From: Patescibacteria group bacterium
GTDB taxonomy: Bacteria > Patescibacteriota > Minisyncoccia > Phycocordibacterales > JAKAEA01
Assembly: GCA_040387855.1 (NCBI GenBank)
Contig: JAZKCY010000001.1
Span: 381,857 to 445,856, forward strand
Direction of reading: 5' to 3'
DNA: 64,000 bases
The notes under the pieces are model-generated. The model saw nothing but the letters and a program-made list of their open reading frames with translations, searched no databases and was not told where the DNA came from. Position numbers and translations under genes: made by a program. Position 1 is the first letter of the stretch. The number at the start of each line of letters is the position of its first letter. This document shows positions 18,499 to 28,001 of this stretch, piece by piece.

Positions 18499-19482
18499 AT
18501 GCCTAAGGTTGGAAAGAAAGCACAAATATTAGCGAGCTGGACTACTTTAATCCTACTTATCGCTATTTTACTGCCTCTTACTCCTGCCCAAGCTTTTGAG
18601 GTTTCAAACCAGAATGTAGAAGATAAGAACGACTTTGTTCTTGAACCGGGTAAAGTAGAACTATTCCTTAATCCTGGTGAAGAAGCAACAAAAGCTGTAA
18701 TAGTTACAAGCCGTATTCGAGAGACAACTACGTTTAAAATTGAAATCGAAGATTTCATTGGTTCGCGAGATGCAAATCAACCTGTAATTCTATTGGGTAA
18801 TGATAAAAGCCCGTATTCAATCAAAGATTCTATTGTTCCGGAAATTTCAGAGTTTACCTTGGAGTTTGGTCAACGAATCGCTATTCCTGTAAAAATTACA
18901 GTTCCTGAAGCAACACAACCAGGTGGATTTTATGCATCAGTACTTGTTTCAAGTCAGGCACGAGAAACTCCAGCAACAGCAGCCCAAGGACGTACACGAG
19001 TTGTATCACGAGTCGGATCATTGATGTTTATTCGTGTAAACGGTGATGCTAACGAAAGTGGAGCGGTAGAAGATTTTCGAATTGCGGGCGAAAAGAAGTC
19101 TGTGTATGAAAAAGGACCCTTCACATTTCAGGTGCTTTTCAATAACACAGGTAATGTGCACCTTGTACCGTATGGAACAGTCACAATCAAAAATACACTA
19201 GGTAAGTCAATTTCAACACTGCCTCTTGATGCTTATTTCTCTCTACCTAACTCATTGCGTCATAGAGAAGTGCAATGGTCATCTGGATTCCTTTTTGGAC
19301 GTTATAAAGCAGAATTAGACCTCAACCGTGGGTATGGTGGAACTATGGACCATAAAGAAATTACTTTCTGGGTACTCCCATGGAAAATCGTAGTTGCTGT
19401 ACTCTTTGGATTCCTTCTTATTTCTTCAATACTAGTTTATATTCTTCGAAATTTTGAATTTAAGAAAAAAGGAGCTAAGTAA
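18499..19482 (+). CDS. DUF916/DUF3324-like (WxL-interacting) membrane-anchored protein
   Basis: Signal peptide, PGKVELFLNPGE, ITVP...PGGFYA, FNNTGNVHL, GRYKAEL, FWVLPW then TM and basic tail. Confidence 0.7.
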   Translation: MPKVGKKAQILASWTTLILLIAILLPLTPAQAFEVSNQNVEDKNDFVLEPGKVELFLNPGEEATKAVIVTSRIRETTTFKIEIEDFIGSRDANQPVILLGNDKSPYSIKDSIVPEISEFTLEFGQRIAIPVKITVPEATQPGGFYASVLVSSQARETPATAAQGRTRVVSRVGSLMFIRVNGDANESGAVEDFRIAGEKKSVYEKGPFTFQVLFNNTGNVHLVPYGTVTIKNTLGKSISTLPLDAYFSLPNSLRHREVQWSSGFLFGRYKAELDLNRGYGGTMDHKEITFWVLPWKIVVAVLFGFLLISSILVYILRNFEFKKKGAK

Positions 19483-19490
19483 TTTAAGCT

Positions 19491-20237
19491 GTGAAAGGTA
19501 CTAAGCATTCAAAATTTTTATATCTCAATGCTTTTTTACCGGTTCTCTTTGTGTTTGCTGTGATGGGAAGTACAAACTATAAAATGGAAAGTGATACCGT
19601 AAACCCAGCTGGAAATCTTTCTACAAGTACAAATTACTCGCTCGGTGATACATTGGGAGAAGTTGGAACTGGTACTTCTACAAGTGCGACCTATGGGATG
19701 AATGCTGGTTTCTGGCAAATGCAGAGTGGATATATTTCTATCAGCGTAGAAGCTGATCAGGCAATGAGTTCTATTGGTGGCTTTTCTGGTGCTATTAGTA
19801 CATCCACATCCGTATGGACAGTTATTACTGATAACACTGCTGGGTATTCTTTGTTTGTACGGGCAGCTACAAGCCCTGCCCTTAAGAGTCCAGAAGATGC
19901 ATTCTTTTCAGATTATGATTTAGGAGGAGGAGCACCTCATTATGATTTTTCTGCTGATTCAAACTTATCTGTTTTTGGATTTACACCTGAGGGTGAAGAT
20001 ATTACTGATTTCTATAAGGACAATGGACTTGAGTGTAACAGTGGGGGATCAGATACTGTAGATAAATGTTGGGCTGGTTTTACTACAACAGATCAGGAAG
20101 TGTCACAAAGAGCAACATCAAATCATCCGTCTGGAACTCAAACAACATTAAAATATCGAGCAGAAGTGGGATCAAATAAACTTCAAGATGCTGGTTCATA
20201 TTCAGCTGAAATTACAGTAACAGCACTTATGCTTTAA
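19491..20237 (+). CDS. Secreted WxL-like protein, paralog of 17822
   Basis: WTVITDNTAGYSLFV, FGFT, GSYSAEITVTAL; N-terminal STNY repeats. Confidence 0.6.
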   Translation: MKGTKHSKFLYLNAFLPVLFVFAVMGSTNYKMESDTVNPAGNLSTSTNYSLGDTLGEVGTGTSTSATYGMNAGFWQMQSGYISISVEADQAMSSIGGFSGAISTSTSVWTVITDNTAGYSLFVRAATSPALKSPEDAFFSDYDLGGGAPHYDFSADSNLSVFGFTPEGEDITDFYKDNGLECNSGGSDTVDKCWAGFTTTDQEVSQRATSNHPSGTQTTLKYRAEVGSNKLQDAGSYSAEITVTALML

Positions 20238-20238
20238 T

Positions 20239-21609
20239 ATGTTAATTCGTATTTTACTAAGCACAATCATACTCCTCACTCCAGCACTTAGCTTTGCTGC
20301 GACAAGTAGCAATGGTGTTGACGTGAATATGTTTATACTGGGGTGTAATGATAACGCAATTTGTGAACCACTTTCTGGCGAAGATGTTAATTCTTGTCCA
20401 TTGGACTGTACGGTAATAACGCCACCTCCACCACCGCCTTCTAATTTTTCTGGACCTGCAGCACCGTATTCTGGTGGAGGATATTTTTCACCAGCAACGT
20501 ATACTTCTTTTGAAATAACTCCAGGTGATAATTATGCTGTTTTCACGTGGACAACAGACAACAACACTATCAATACATTTTCATGGGGAGAAACTCCTGA
20601 TTACGAATTTGGAAGTATGTCTGAAGTTACATATCACAAAAACCATTCGGTAAAAATCCAAGGTTTAAAACCAGGTGTCGATTATTATTATAAAATTACA
20701 ACGCAAGATGCTTCAGGAGCAACTCTTGTGAAAGATGGAACATATCGACTTCCTGTTTCAGAAGATCACACACCACCTTCAAATCCTAGTGCTTTTTATG
20801 CACAACAACGACAACAAGATGTCTTGCTAACATGGAAGAATCCAAAAGAATTGGATTTTAAAAATGTATTGATAGTAAGATCACCATACGGCTATCCGCA
20901 GAGTGGGTTGGAAGGAAAAATCGTATACGAAGGAAAAGGGAACTATGTTCTTGATTCTGATACTCAAATTGATGCTACCTATTACTACACAATTTTTGCA
21001 TATGATGAAGTATCAAACAGATCGTCTGGAGCAATAGCACGAATAAAAATTGTAGCCCCTGGATCACCAATACCTTCAAATTCAACAGTACCTCCGATTA
21101 CAGGAGAGGTTACTGCAAGTAGTACATTATCGCTTATCGATTTTGATTTTAGTCAAAGGGGGAGAGGTATTTCTTTTCTGCAAGATGTTGTACCGGTAAA
21201 TTCTGCTGATGCAATTACTGTGTCTCTTGCTCGTGAAAAAGTACCAAAAAATGTTAAATATATTGTGCTAACACTAAAAGATGAGGTTCCATGGAATTCA
21301 TACCTTTTCTCAGATAATTTTGATAAGACAACAAGTGAAACTTCAATTGCGGCATTAGAACGAGTTGGGGTGGTTGCTTTTGAACTAAATATTGCATATC
21401 AAGGTTCAGATTCTGTTACAAAAATTGAAGGATATTTTAAAACAACATCACTACAACCTCAGCTTGGGGAAAAGCGAGTGAGTTTTTGGGAAAATTTTCT
21501 TAAATTAACACATATCTATCGGGGTATTTTGCTAATAGTGCTTTTGATCATTATAATCATAATTCTGGGGATAATTCGGCACAAAAAAGACAAGCGAGCC
21601 ATGCTATAA
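20239..21609 (+). CDS. Fibronectin type III domain surface protein with C-terminal TM anchor
   Basis: Signal peptide, Cys-rich CNDNAICE...CPLDC, poly-Pro linker, GLKPGVDYYY, LTWKNP, YYYTIFAYD. Confidence 0.8.
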   Translation: MLIRILLSTIILLTPALSFAATSSNGVDVNMFILGCNDNAICEPLSGEDVNSCPLDCTVITPPPPPPSNFSGPAAPYSGGGYFSPATYTSFEITPGDNYAVFTWTTDNNTINTFSWGETPDYEFGSMSEVTYHKNHSVKIQGLKPGVDYYYKITTQDASGATLVKDGTYRLPVSEDHTPPSNPSAFYAQQRQQDVLLTWKNPKELDFKNVLIVRSPYGYPQSGLEGKIVYEGKGNYVLDSDTQIDATYYYTIFAYDEVSNRSSGAIARIKIVAPGSPIPSNSTVPPITGEVTASSTLSLIDFDFSQRGRGISFLQDVVPVNSADAITVSLAREKVPKNVKYIVLTLKDEVPWNSYLFSDNFDKTTSETSIAALERVGVVAFELNIAYQGSDSVTKIEGYFKTTSLQPQLGEKRVSFWENFLKLTHIYRGILLIVLLIIIIIILGIIRHKKDKRAML

Positions 21610-21621
21610 TAAGGCCTATAA

Positions 21622-24600
21622 ATGGGCACTATTTTTACGAAAAAACTTTTCAGTTCTTATGCTCTTTCTCTCTTCATTTTAGTTTCATTTATTGTAACTT
21701 CATGTTTTGGAATTGTGCTTCCAGAAGTTGCATCTGCTGCTCTCAACAAACAAATAAATTATCAAGGAAAACTTACAAATGCTTCTAATGTTGCAGTAGC
21801 CAACGGTACCTATGAAATGGTTTTTAATCTTTATACAGTTTCTTCTGGAGGATCTCCAATTTGGACTGAAACACGAAGTGGTGGAAGTGAGGTGACTGTT
21901 ACCAACGGACTTTTCAGTGTGATGCTTGGAGAAGTCGCAACACTTGATGCCGTAAATTTTAATCAGACATTGTACCTCGGAGTAACCATCGAAGCTGATG
22001 CAGAAATGTCACCTCGAAAAAAATTGGGAGTTGTGCCTGGTGCAATTGATTCAGAACGACTTGGAGGATTAAACAGTTCACAATTTTTACGAGCTGATGC
22101 AGCAAATGCAACATCAACTGCTTCTACATATCTTACTGTCACACAAAACGGAGCAGGAAAAATTGCAGAATTTTTTGGACCAAGTTCAGCATCAGTACTT
22201 TCAATTACAGCTGATGGAAAAGTGGGGATTGGCACAACAACTCCGTATGCAAAACTTTCGGTAGCGGGGGCAATTGTCGGTGAATATTTTGTTGGAACTT
22301 CAACTGCGACCTCTACACTTGGTGGAGGTCTTTCTGCAACTCGTTTCCAAGCAACAGCAACATCAACAATGGCAGGCATTAATCTTGCTTCTGGATGTTA
22401 TGCCATTGCAGGAGCATGTATTGGTGGATCAAGTCTGTTGGGGACTACAGGTCAGGTTGCATATTTTAGTGGTACCAATACTGCTGTAGGTACTTCATCA
22501 CTTTCGTTTGATAATGCTGGTAATGTGAGTATCGCTAAAAACTTGTTTGGAGGTATTTGGACTATTGACCAAAATGGTATTTTTTATGGTACTTCAACAA
22601 ATTCTCTTGGGGCATCGTATGGTAATTACACAGGATTTGCTGTTGCAGTAAATAGCGGAGGATATGTAATTGATGATCAGGGTAACACATTGTCAACATT
22701 ATTTGCTGATGAAGCAGGTAATTCACTTACTGCAAATTATGCAGCAAACAACTTTGGACAATTCTTTACCGGAAATGGTTTTACGTTAGATGCAAATAAT
22801 CAAAAAATCACAAGTATTGGTTTGGGATCTACATCAGCTCCTTCACTTTCTTTCAATAGTGATTCAAATACCGGTATCTTTTCTCCGGGTGCAGATAGTA
22901 TTGCATTCTCAATTGGTGGAGCAGAGCGAGTAACTATTGGATCAACAGGTAACTTTGGAATTGGAACAACATCACCATACGCAAAACTTTCAGTAGCAGG
23001 TGAAGTTGTTGCCTCACATTTTACTGCAACTTCGACAACCGCAACATCAACATTCGCAAATGGTTTAAATATTACTGGTGGATGTTATGCCGTAGCAGGA
23101 GTCTGTCTTTCATCAGGTTCAAGTCTTACTGGTACAACTGGCCAGCTCGCATATTTTAGTGGGACAAATACTGCGATTGGAACATCATCAATTTTCCTAG
23201 CAACAAATCAAAATGTGGGAATCGGTTCTACTACACCTGGTTCAAAACTTTCAGTAAACGGAACAGTTGCTGCTGATTCATTTAATGTTCTTACCAATAA
23301 TGAAGGTTATAAAATTAGAGGTACAACTATTTTGAATGCATCATCTTCAATTTCAAGTCTTACAATTGGTGTTAATGCGGGTGCAAATCTTGGAGGCAAC
23401 TCTTCTTCAAACGTTGCGATCGGATCATTTGCAATGAATTCTACATTGAGCGGAGATTCAAACATTGCCCTTGGATACAGTTCTTTGTACACAAATGAAA
23501 CAGGAAATAATAACATCGCTATTGGTTATTCTGCTTTAGATGCATTGCTTGCAAATTCAGATAACGTTGCGCTTGGTACAGAAGCAGGTAAAAATACTAC
23601 AGGTTCAAACAACCTTTTCTTAGGTCATGGAGCAGGATATAACGGCGGAACAAATGCGATTACTTCTGGCTCAAATAATATTCTCATTGGATACAATGTA
23701 ACTGGTACATCATCAACAGCAACAAACTTTTTAAATATAGGTAATGCACTCTATGGAAACTTATCAAATGGAAATATTGGAATTGGTTCAACATCGCCAA
23801 ACTCAAAGCTTTCTATTGTAAGCCAAAATGCTGTTGGTTTAGAGATTTCAGCTGGTGATGCTAATTCTTATACAGGACTTTCTCTTGGTAGACTTGCAGC
23901 TGATGCAAATTTCTCAATCGCTGGTACTGGAGGACAATGGGCTCAGGATGCTACATCAGGAGATTTAATTATACGAACACAAACTACTGATATGTTCTTT
24001 GATACGAATGGCGGAGTGGGCACCTCAGCATTTACTATTCTTTCAGGTAATGGAAATGTAGGAATTGGAACAACCTCACCTTATGCAAAACTTTCTGTAG
24101 CTGGAACTGTAGTTGGACAGAATTTTGTTGCGACATCAACAACTGCAACATCAACATTTGCTGGTGGTTTAGTTGCAGGAGGGACTACTGGTCTGATTGT
24201 ATTACAAAATGGAAATGTAGGAATTGGTACAACCACTCCTAATCAAGGCTCAGCTGGAGGAGGAGCCGCAAAAGTTTTAAGCTTCAGTGATCCTTTAAAT
24301 ACAGTATTAAGAGTTACTGGGGGAGATGTTAATGCTGTATTTCAAACTCTAAATAATGATGCTGTATATGTTGGACCTACATCGGCGCATTCCCTTAATT
24401 TGGTTACAGAAGGATCATCAAAATTAACCATATTAAGTGGAGGAAATGTTGGAATCGGTACTACAACACCATATGCAAAACTTTCAGTTGCAGGAACTAT
24501 TGTAGGAGCAAATTTTGTTGGTACCACAACTGCAACCTCTACACTTGGTGGTGGATTATCAGCAACTCGTTTTCAAGCGACAGCAACATCAACAATGGCA

Positions 24601-26688
24601 GGTATTGATCTTACTTCTGGATGTTATGCCATTGCAGGAACATGTCTTTCAACTGGTGGATCAAGTCAATGGACAACTGCCGGAAATAATATTCACTTTA
24701 ATACAGGTAATGTAGGTATCGGAACAACATCTCCATTATCAGCACTAGCTCTTGGTACATCTACAACCGCCGCGGGAACAGCTGGTATTTATGAGTTTTT
24801 AACACTCAATAGTGCTTCTGGTGCAACACAGTTTGGAAATCAAATGTATGTAGTAAATGCACCTACAGGATCTGCAAATACTATGGTCGCTCAAATGATT
24901 CGAGTTGAAGATAGTACTGCACTCACAAATACCGTGCGAGGTCTTGAAGTACAAGCACACAGAGGTACAAATACATTGGGAGAAAATACTGGAGTTTCAG
25001 CATTCGGAAGAACATTCGGTATTAAGGGAGTAACTATTGGTGATGCCGGTGGGACACTTGCACCTGCTGGAGTCTACGGAGAAACTCGAGGAACAACACA
25101 GGGTAACGCATTCCGAGGATATTCAAATACTATTACTTCATCAAACCTTTCATATTTGTATCAAGAAACATCCGCATTTACTGGTGATGTATTTCGAGCC
25201 GATGTAGGAAATGGAGCTGGATCATTTAGTGGAAATCTTTTGAGATTGCAAGTTGCCGGAGTAAATAAATTTAATGTAAGTGCACATGGGACAACTACCA
25301 TTGGGGATGGAGTGAATTTTGCAGGTCTTGTGGTCTCAAATGGAGCCCTTACTGTAAGTGGTACTGCTACCTCAACATTCTCAAATGGAATAAATATAGC
25401 AGGAGGATGTTTTGCTGTTTCAGGAAGTTGTTTGTCAACAGGTGGTACAAGTCTTATCGGAACGACTGGTCAGTTTGCGTACTTTAGTGACACAAATACT
25501 GCAGTTGGTACTTCATCATTATTCTTGGCAACAAATGGTAATGTAGGAATTGGAACTACCTCACCATATGCAAAGCTTTCTGTTGTTGGTGAAATAGTAG
25601 CTTCACACTTTACTGGTACCACAACAGCAACCTCAACATTGGGAGGAGGTCTTTCTGCAACTCGTTTCCAAGCAACAGCAACCTCAACGATGGCAGGTAT
25701 AAATTTAACTGGTGGATGTTTTTCTATTTCAGGAACATGTCTTTCAGCAGGTGGTGGCTCTGGAACGGTTGGAGCTGGAACTACAGGATATGTGCCATTT
25801 TATGCAGCAGGTGGAACAACACTTACTGCAACATCTTCACTATTTATAGCTGCAAATGGAAATATTGGAATTAACACTGTAAGTCCAACAGCAGATCGAC
25901 TTCACATTGGGGCAGATAGTTCATGGACTGGTCTTCGGGTAGATGCTGGAACTGCAGGAACAAGTGGTGCGTATATTGATTTTTATGATCATCTTGGATC
26001 AAAGGCCGGAGGATTCGTGTATGACGAACTTGATGGTGACTCATTAAAGTTTAAAACATATTTTGGAAGTAATGATATAAAATTCATCACAAATAATAGT
26101 GATGAGCGAATGACTATTTCGGGTGCTAATGGATATGTTGGTATAGGAACCACATCACCTTATGCCGCACTCTCAGTAGCCGGTGCATCTGGAGTTGTTG
26201 CTAATATTTTTAATGCGACATCAACTACTGCAACATCAACATTTGCCGGAGGTCTTTCAATTGCAACCAACGGATTGGTATATGATCGTTCAACGGGATA
26301 TGTGGGTGTGGGAACTGCATTGGCAAAACGAAAGCTTGATGTAACTGATGCTTCAAATCCTCAAATGCGTTTGAGTCAAACAAACAACTCTGTATTTTCT
26401 GATTTTAAGGTTGCAGCAACAACTGGAGATCTTACTGTAAGTATAAATACTACAGCTGAAAATGTTATATTCAATCAGCCATCCGGTACAACAGGAGCAA
26501 ACGTATGGGCTTGTCAGGGAGACGCATGTCCTACTGCATATCTAAATCTTGCTGATGGAGGTAACTTTGTAGCAGAAAAAGCATACTACTTTGGAAACGG
26601 ATTTAAGATCTCAACTGTAGATGCATCTACAACAGCTGTCTACGACACTACAAATACAATCATCCTACAATTCGACGAAGCACCGTAA
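21622..26688 (+). CDS. Giant Ser/Thr/Gly-rich fibre-like adhesin (1688 aa)
   Basis: Signal peptide, INYQGKL N-domain, 12 GNVGIGTTSP-type repeats, 5 GC[YF]xxxGxC motifs, NxAIG (YadA-head-like) repeats. Confidence 0.8.
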   Translation: MGTIFTKKLFSSYALSLFILVSFIVTSCFGIVLPEVASAALNKQINYQGKLTNASNVAVANGTYEMVFNLYTVSSGGSPIWTETRSGGSEVTVTNGLFSVMLGEVATLDAVNFNQTLYLGVTIEADAEMSPRKKLGVVPGAIDSERLGGLNSSQFLRADAANATSTASTYLTVTQNGAGKIAEFFGPSSASVLSITADGKVGIGTTTPYAKLSVAGAIVGEYFVGTSTATSTLGGGLSATRFQATATSTMAGINLASGCYAIAGACIGGSSLLGTTGQVAYFSGTNTAVGTSSLSFDNAGNVSIAKNLFGGIWTIDQNGIFYGTSTNSLGASYGNYTGFAVAVNSGGYVIDDQGNTLSTLFADEAGNSLTANYAANNFGQFFTGNGFTLDANNQKITSIGLGSTSAPSLSFNSDSNTGIFSPGADSIAFSIGGAERVTIGSTGNFGIGTTSPYAKLSVAGEVVASHFTATSTTATSTFANGLNITGGCYAVAGVCLSSGSSLTGTTGQLAYFSGTNTAIGTSSIFLATNQNVGIGSTTPGSKLSVNGTVAADSFNVLTNNEGYKIRGTTILNASSSISSLTIGVNAGANLGGNSSSNVAIGSFAMNSTLSGDSNIALGYSSLYTNETGNNNIAIGYSALDALLANSDNVALGTEAGKNTTGSNNLFLGHGAGYNGGTNAITSGSNNILIGYNVTGTSSTATNFLNIGNALYGNLSNGNIGIGSTSPNSKLSIVSQNAVGLEISAGDANSYTGLSLGRLAADANFSIAGTGGQWAQDATSGDLIIRTQTTDMFFDTNGGVGTSAFTILSGNGNVGIGTTSPYAKLSVAGTVVGQNFVATSTTATSTFAGGLVAGGTTGLIVLQNGNVGIGTTTPNQGSAGGGAAKVLSFSDPLNTVLRVTGGDVNAVFQTLNNDAVYVGPTSAHSLNLVTEGSSKLTILSGGNVGIGTTTPYAKLSVAGTIVGANFVGTTTATSTLGGGLSATRFQATATSTMAGIDLTSGCYAIAGTCLSTGGSSQWTTAGNNIHFNTGNVGIGTTSPLSALALGTSTTAAGTAGIYEFLTLNSASGATQFGNQMYVVNAPTGSANTMVAQMIRVEDSTALTNTVRGLEVQAHRGTNTLGENTGVSAFGRTFGIKGVTIGDAGGTLAPAGVYGETRGTTQGNAFRGYSNTITSSNLSYLYQETSAFTGDVFRADVGNGAGSFSGNLLRLQVAGVNKFNVSAHGTTTIGDGVNFAGLVVSNGALTVSGTATSTFSNGINIAGGCFAVSGSCLSTGGTSLIGTTGQFAYFSDTNTAVGTSSLFLATNGNVGIGTTSPYAKLSVVGEIVASHFTGTTTATSTLGGGLSATRFQATATSTMAGINLTGGCFSISGTCLSAGGGSGTVGAGTTGYVPFYAAGGTTLTATSSLFIAANGNIGINTVSPTADRLHIGADSSWTGLRVDAGTAGTSGAYIDFYDHLGSKAGGFVYDELDGDSLKFKTYFGSNDIKFITNNSDERMTISGANGYVGIGTTSPYAALSVAGASGVVANIFNATSTTATSTFAGGLSIATNGLVYDRSTGYVGVGTALAKRKLDVTDASNPQMRLSQTNNSVFSDFKVAATTGDLTVSINTTAENVIFNQPSGTTGANVWACQGDACPTAYLNLADGGNFVAEKAYYFGNGFKISTVDASTTAVYDTTNTIILQFDEAP
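22300..22420 (+). repeat. Internal ~110-nt repeat of the fibre gene, with copies at ~24525-24645 and ~25620-25740
   Basis: All three copies encode TATSTLGGGLSATRFQATATSTMAGI and are highly similar at the DNA level. Confidence 0.85.
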
Positions 26689-26698
26689 AAATACTGCT

Positions 26699-27460
26699 AT
26701 GATAATTTCCGAACTGAAAGATTTATTAAAAAATATTGTACGATGGGCATTTGCATTCATAGCTTTGTCTACTTTTTTCTTTCTATTTTCTACACAAACG
26801 GTGACGATAAAAGGCAGGGAAGTGCCAGTGCCTTGGATGACTGATTCATCATATACGATTCAGTTTTTTGATACATTACAGCGTACATTGATACCAAGTG
26901 AAGTAGATCTTATTGTTACAAATCCATTCGATGCTTTTTTTATAGAGGTTAAATTATCTTTATTTTTAGCCTTTATTGTATTGTCGCCTTTTCTTTTGTG
27001 GGGAATACTACGATACCTTTCGCCAGCATTAAAACAGTCAGAAAGAAAATCATTATATAAAGTTGTATTACCATCTACTATTTTGTTTTTTAGCGGATGT
27101 CTATTTGCATATGCATACATTATTCCTTCTACGATAAAAATAATGTATGCACATGCGCCCAATATCAAAGCAATTCAGTACTTCAATGTTAATGATTTTA
27201 TTTCATTAGCACTCATGATGATGGTTGCTACGGGAATAATGTTTGTTCTTCCTGTGTGCATGGTTATCTCAAGTTATCTTGGGATAGTTAACCCCGTTAT
27301 TTGGAAACAGTATTGGCGCCAGGCAATTTTTGGATGTCTGTTAGTTACAGCAGTAATCACACCCGATGGTAGTGGAATTACCATGGCAATGCTTGCGATT
27401 CCACTCTGTTTACTCTATATAGTAGGCCTTTTTATCAGCTGGCGGTATAAAACTAGTTAG
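26699..27460 (+). CDS. tatC: Twin-arginine translocase subunit TatC
   Basis: PFDAFFIEVKLS, YLSPALKQSE, GIMFVLP, WRQAI, AVITPDG, LAIPLCLLY; about 6 TM. Confidence 0.9.
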   Translation: MIISELKDLLKNIVRWAFAFIALSTFFFLFSTQTVTIKGREVPVPWMTDSSYTIQFFDTLQRTLIPSEVDLIVTNPFDAFFIEVKLSLFLAFIVLSPFLLWGILRYLSPALKQSERKSLYKVVLPSTILFFSGCLFAYAYIIPSTIKIMYAHAPNIKAIQYFNVNDFISLALMMMVATGIMFVLPVCMVISSYLGIVNPVIWKQYWRQAIFGCLLVTAVITPDGSGITMAMLAIPLCLLYIVGLFISWRYKTS

Positions 27461-27504
27461 TATATACTTATAGATAAGTAAAGCTTATAAATTATATAAA
27501 ATCT

Positions 27505-27711
27505 ATGTTTGGATTAGGCGTACCAGAACTCATAATTATAGTATTAGCGTTTGGATTACTCTTTTTTGGTAGTAGTAAAATATCTGAATTTTCACGAAGT
27601 CTGGGAAGAATGTCTGGAGAATATAAAAAGAGCAAGCGTGAGATTGAAAAAGAAATTGAGGAAAGTGAACTAAAAACAACTGATCAGAAAAAAACTGATA
27701 CAACTAGTTAG
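27505..27711 (+). CDS. tatA: Twin-arginine translocase subunit TatA
   Basis: MFGLGVPELIII...LFFGSSKISEFSRSLGRMSGEYKK. Confidence 0.9.
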   Translation: MFGLGVPELIIIVLAFGLLFFGSSKISEFSRSLGRMSGEYKKSKREIEKEIEESELKTTDQKKTDTTS

Positions 27712-27725
27712 TTCTAATTTGGTAT

Positions 27726-27986
27726 ATGGCAGTACATCACAAACATACGGCTTCAGAAGAAGTACAAAAAAAGACACGTCGAAACATGATCAAACTTGCA
27801 CTTTTTGGAGGTGCTGCTTTTGTACTTGGGAAAGTATTTAATTCTGTTACTGAACATTTCTCAGATAAAGTAATACGTAATGTAGATTTTCAGAATTTCA
27901 ATTTTCAAGAATCAGAAAAAAAACTCACTATATCTGAAAAAGATGGTGAGCCACTGCTTATCATCGAAAAAGATTCATTTAAATAA
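27726..27986 (+). CDS. Small protein with a twin-arginine signal/anchor
   Basis: KKTRRNMIKLALFGGAAFVLG directly after tatA. Confidence 0.7.
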   Translation: MAVHHKHTASEEVQKKTRRNMIKLALFGGAAFVLGKVFNSVTEHFSDKVIRNVDFQNFNFQESEKKLTISEKDGEPLLIIEKDSFK

Positions 27987-28001
27987 TTCTGCCTACATGC
28001 C

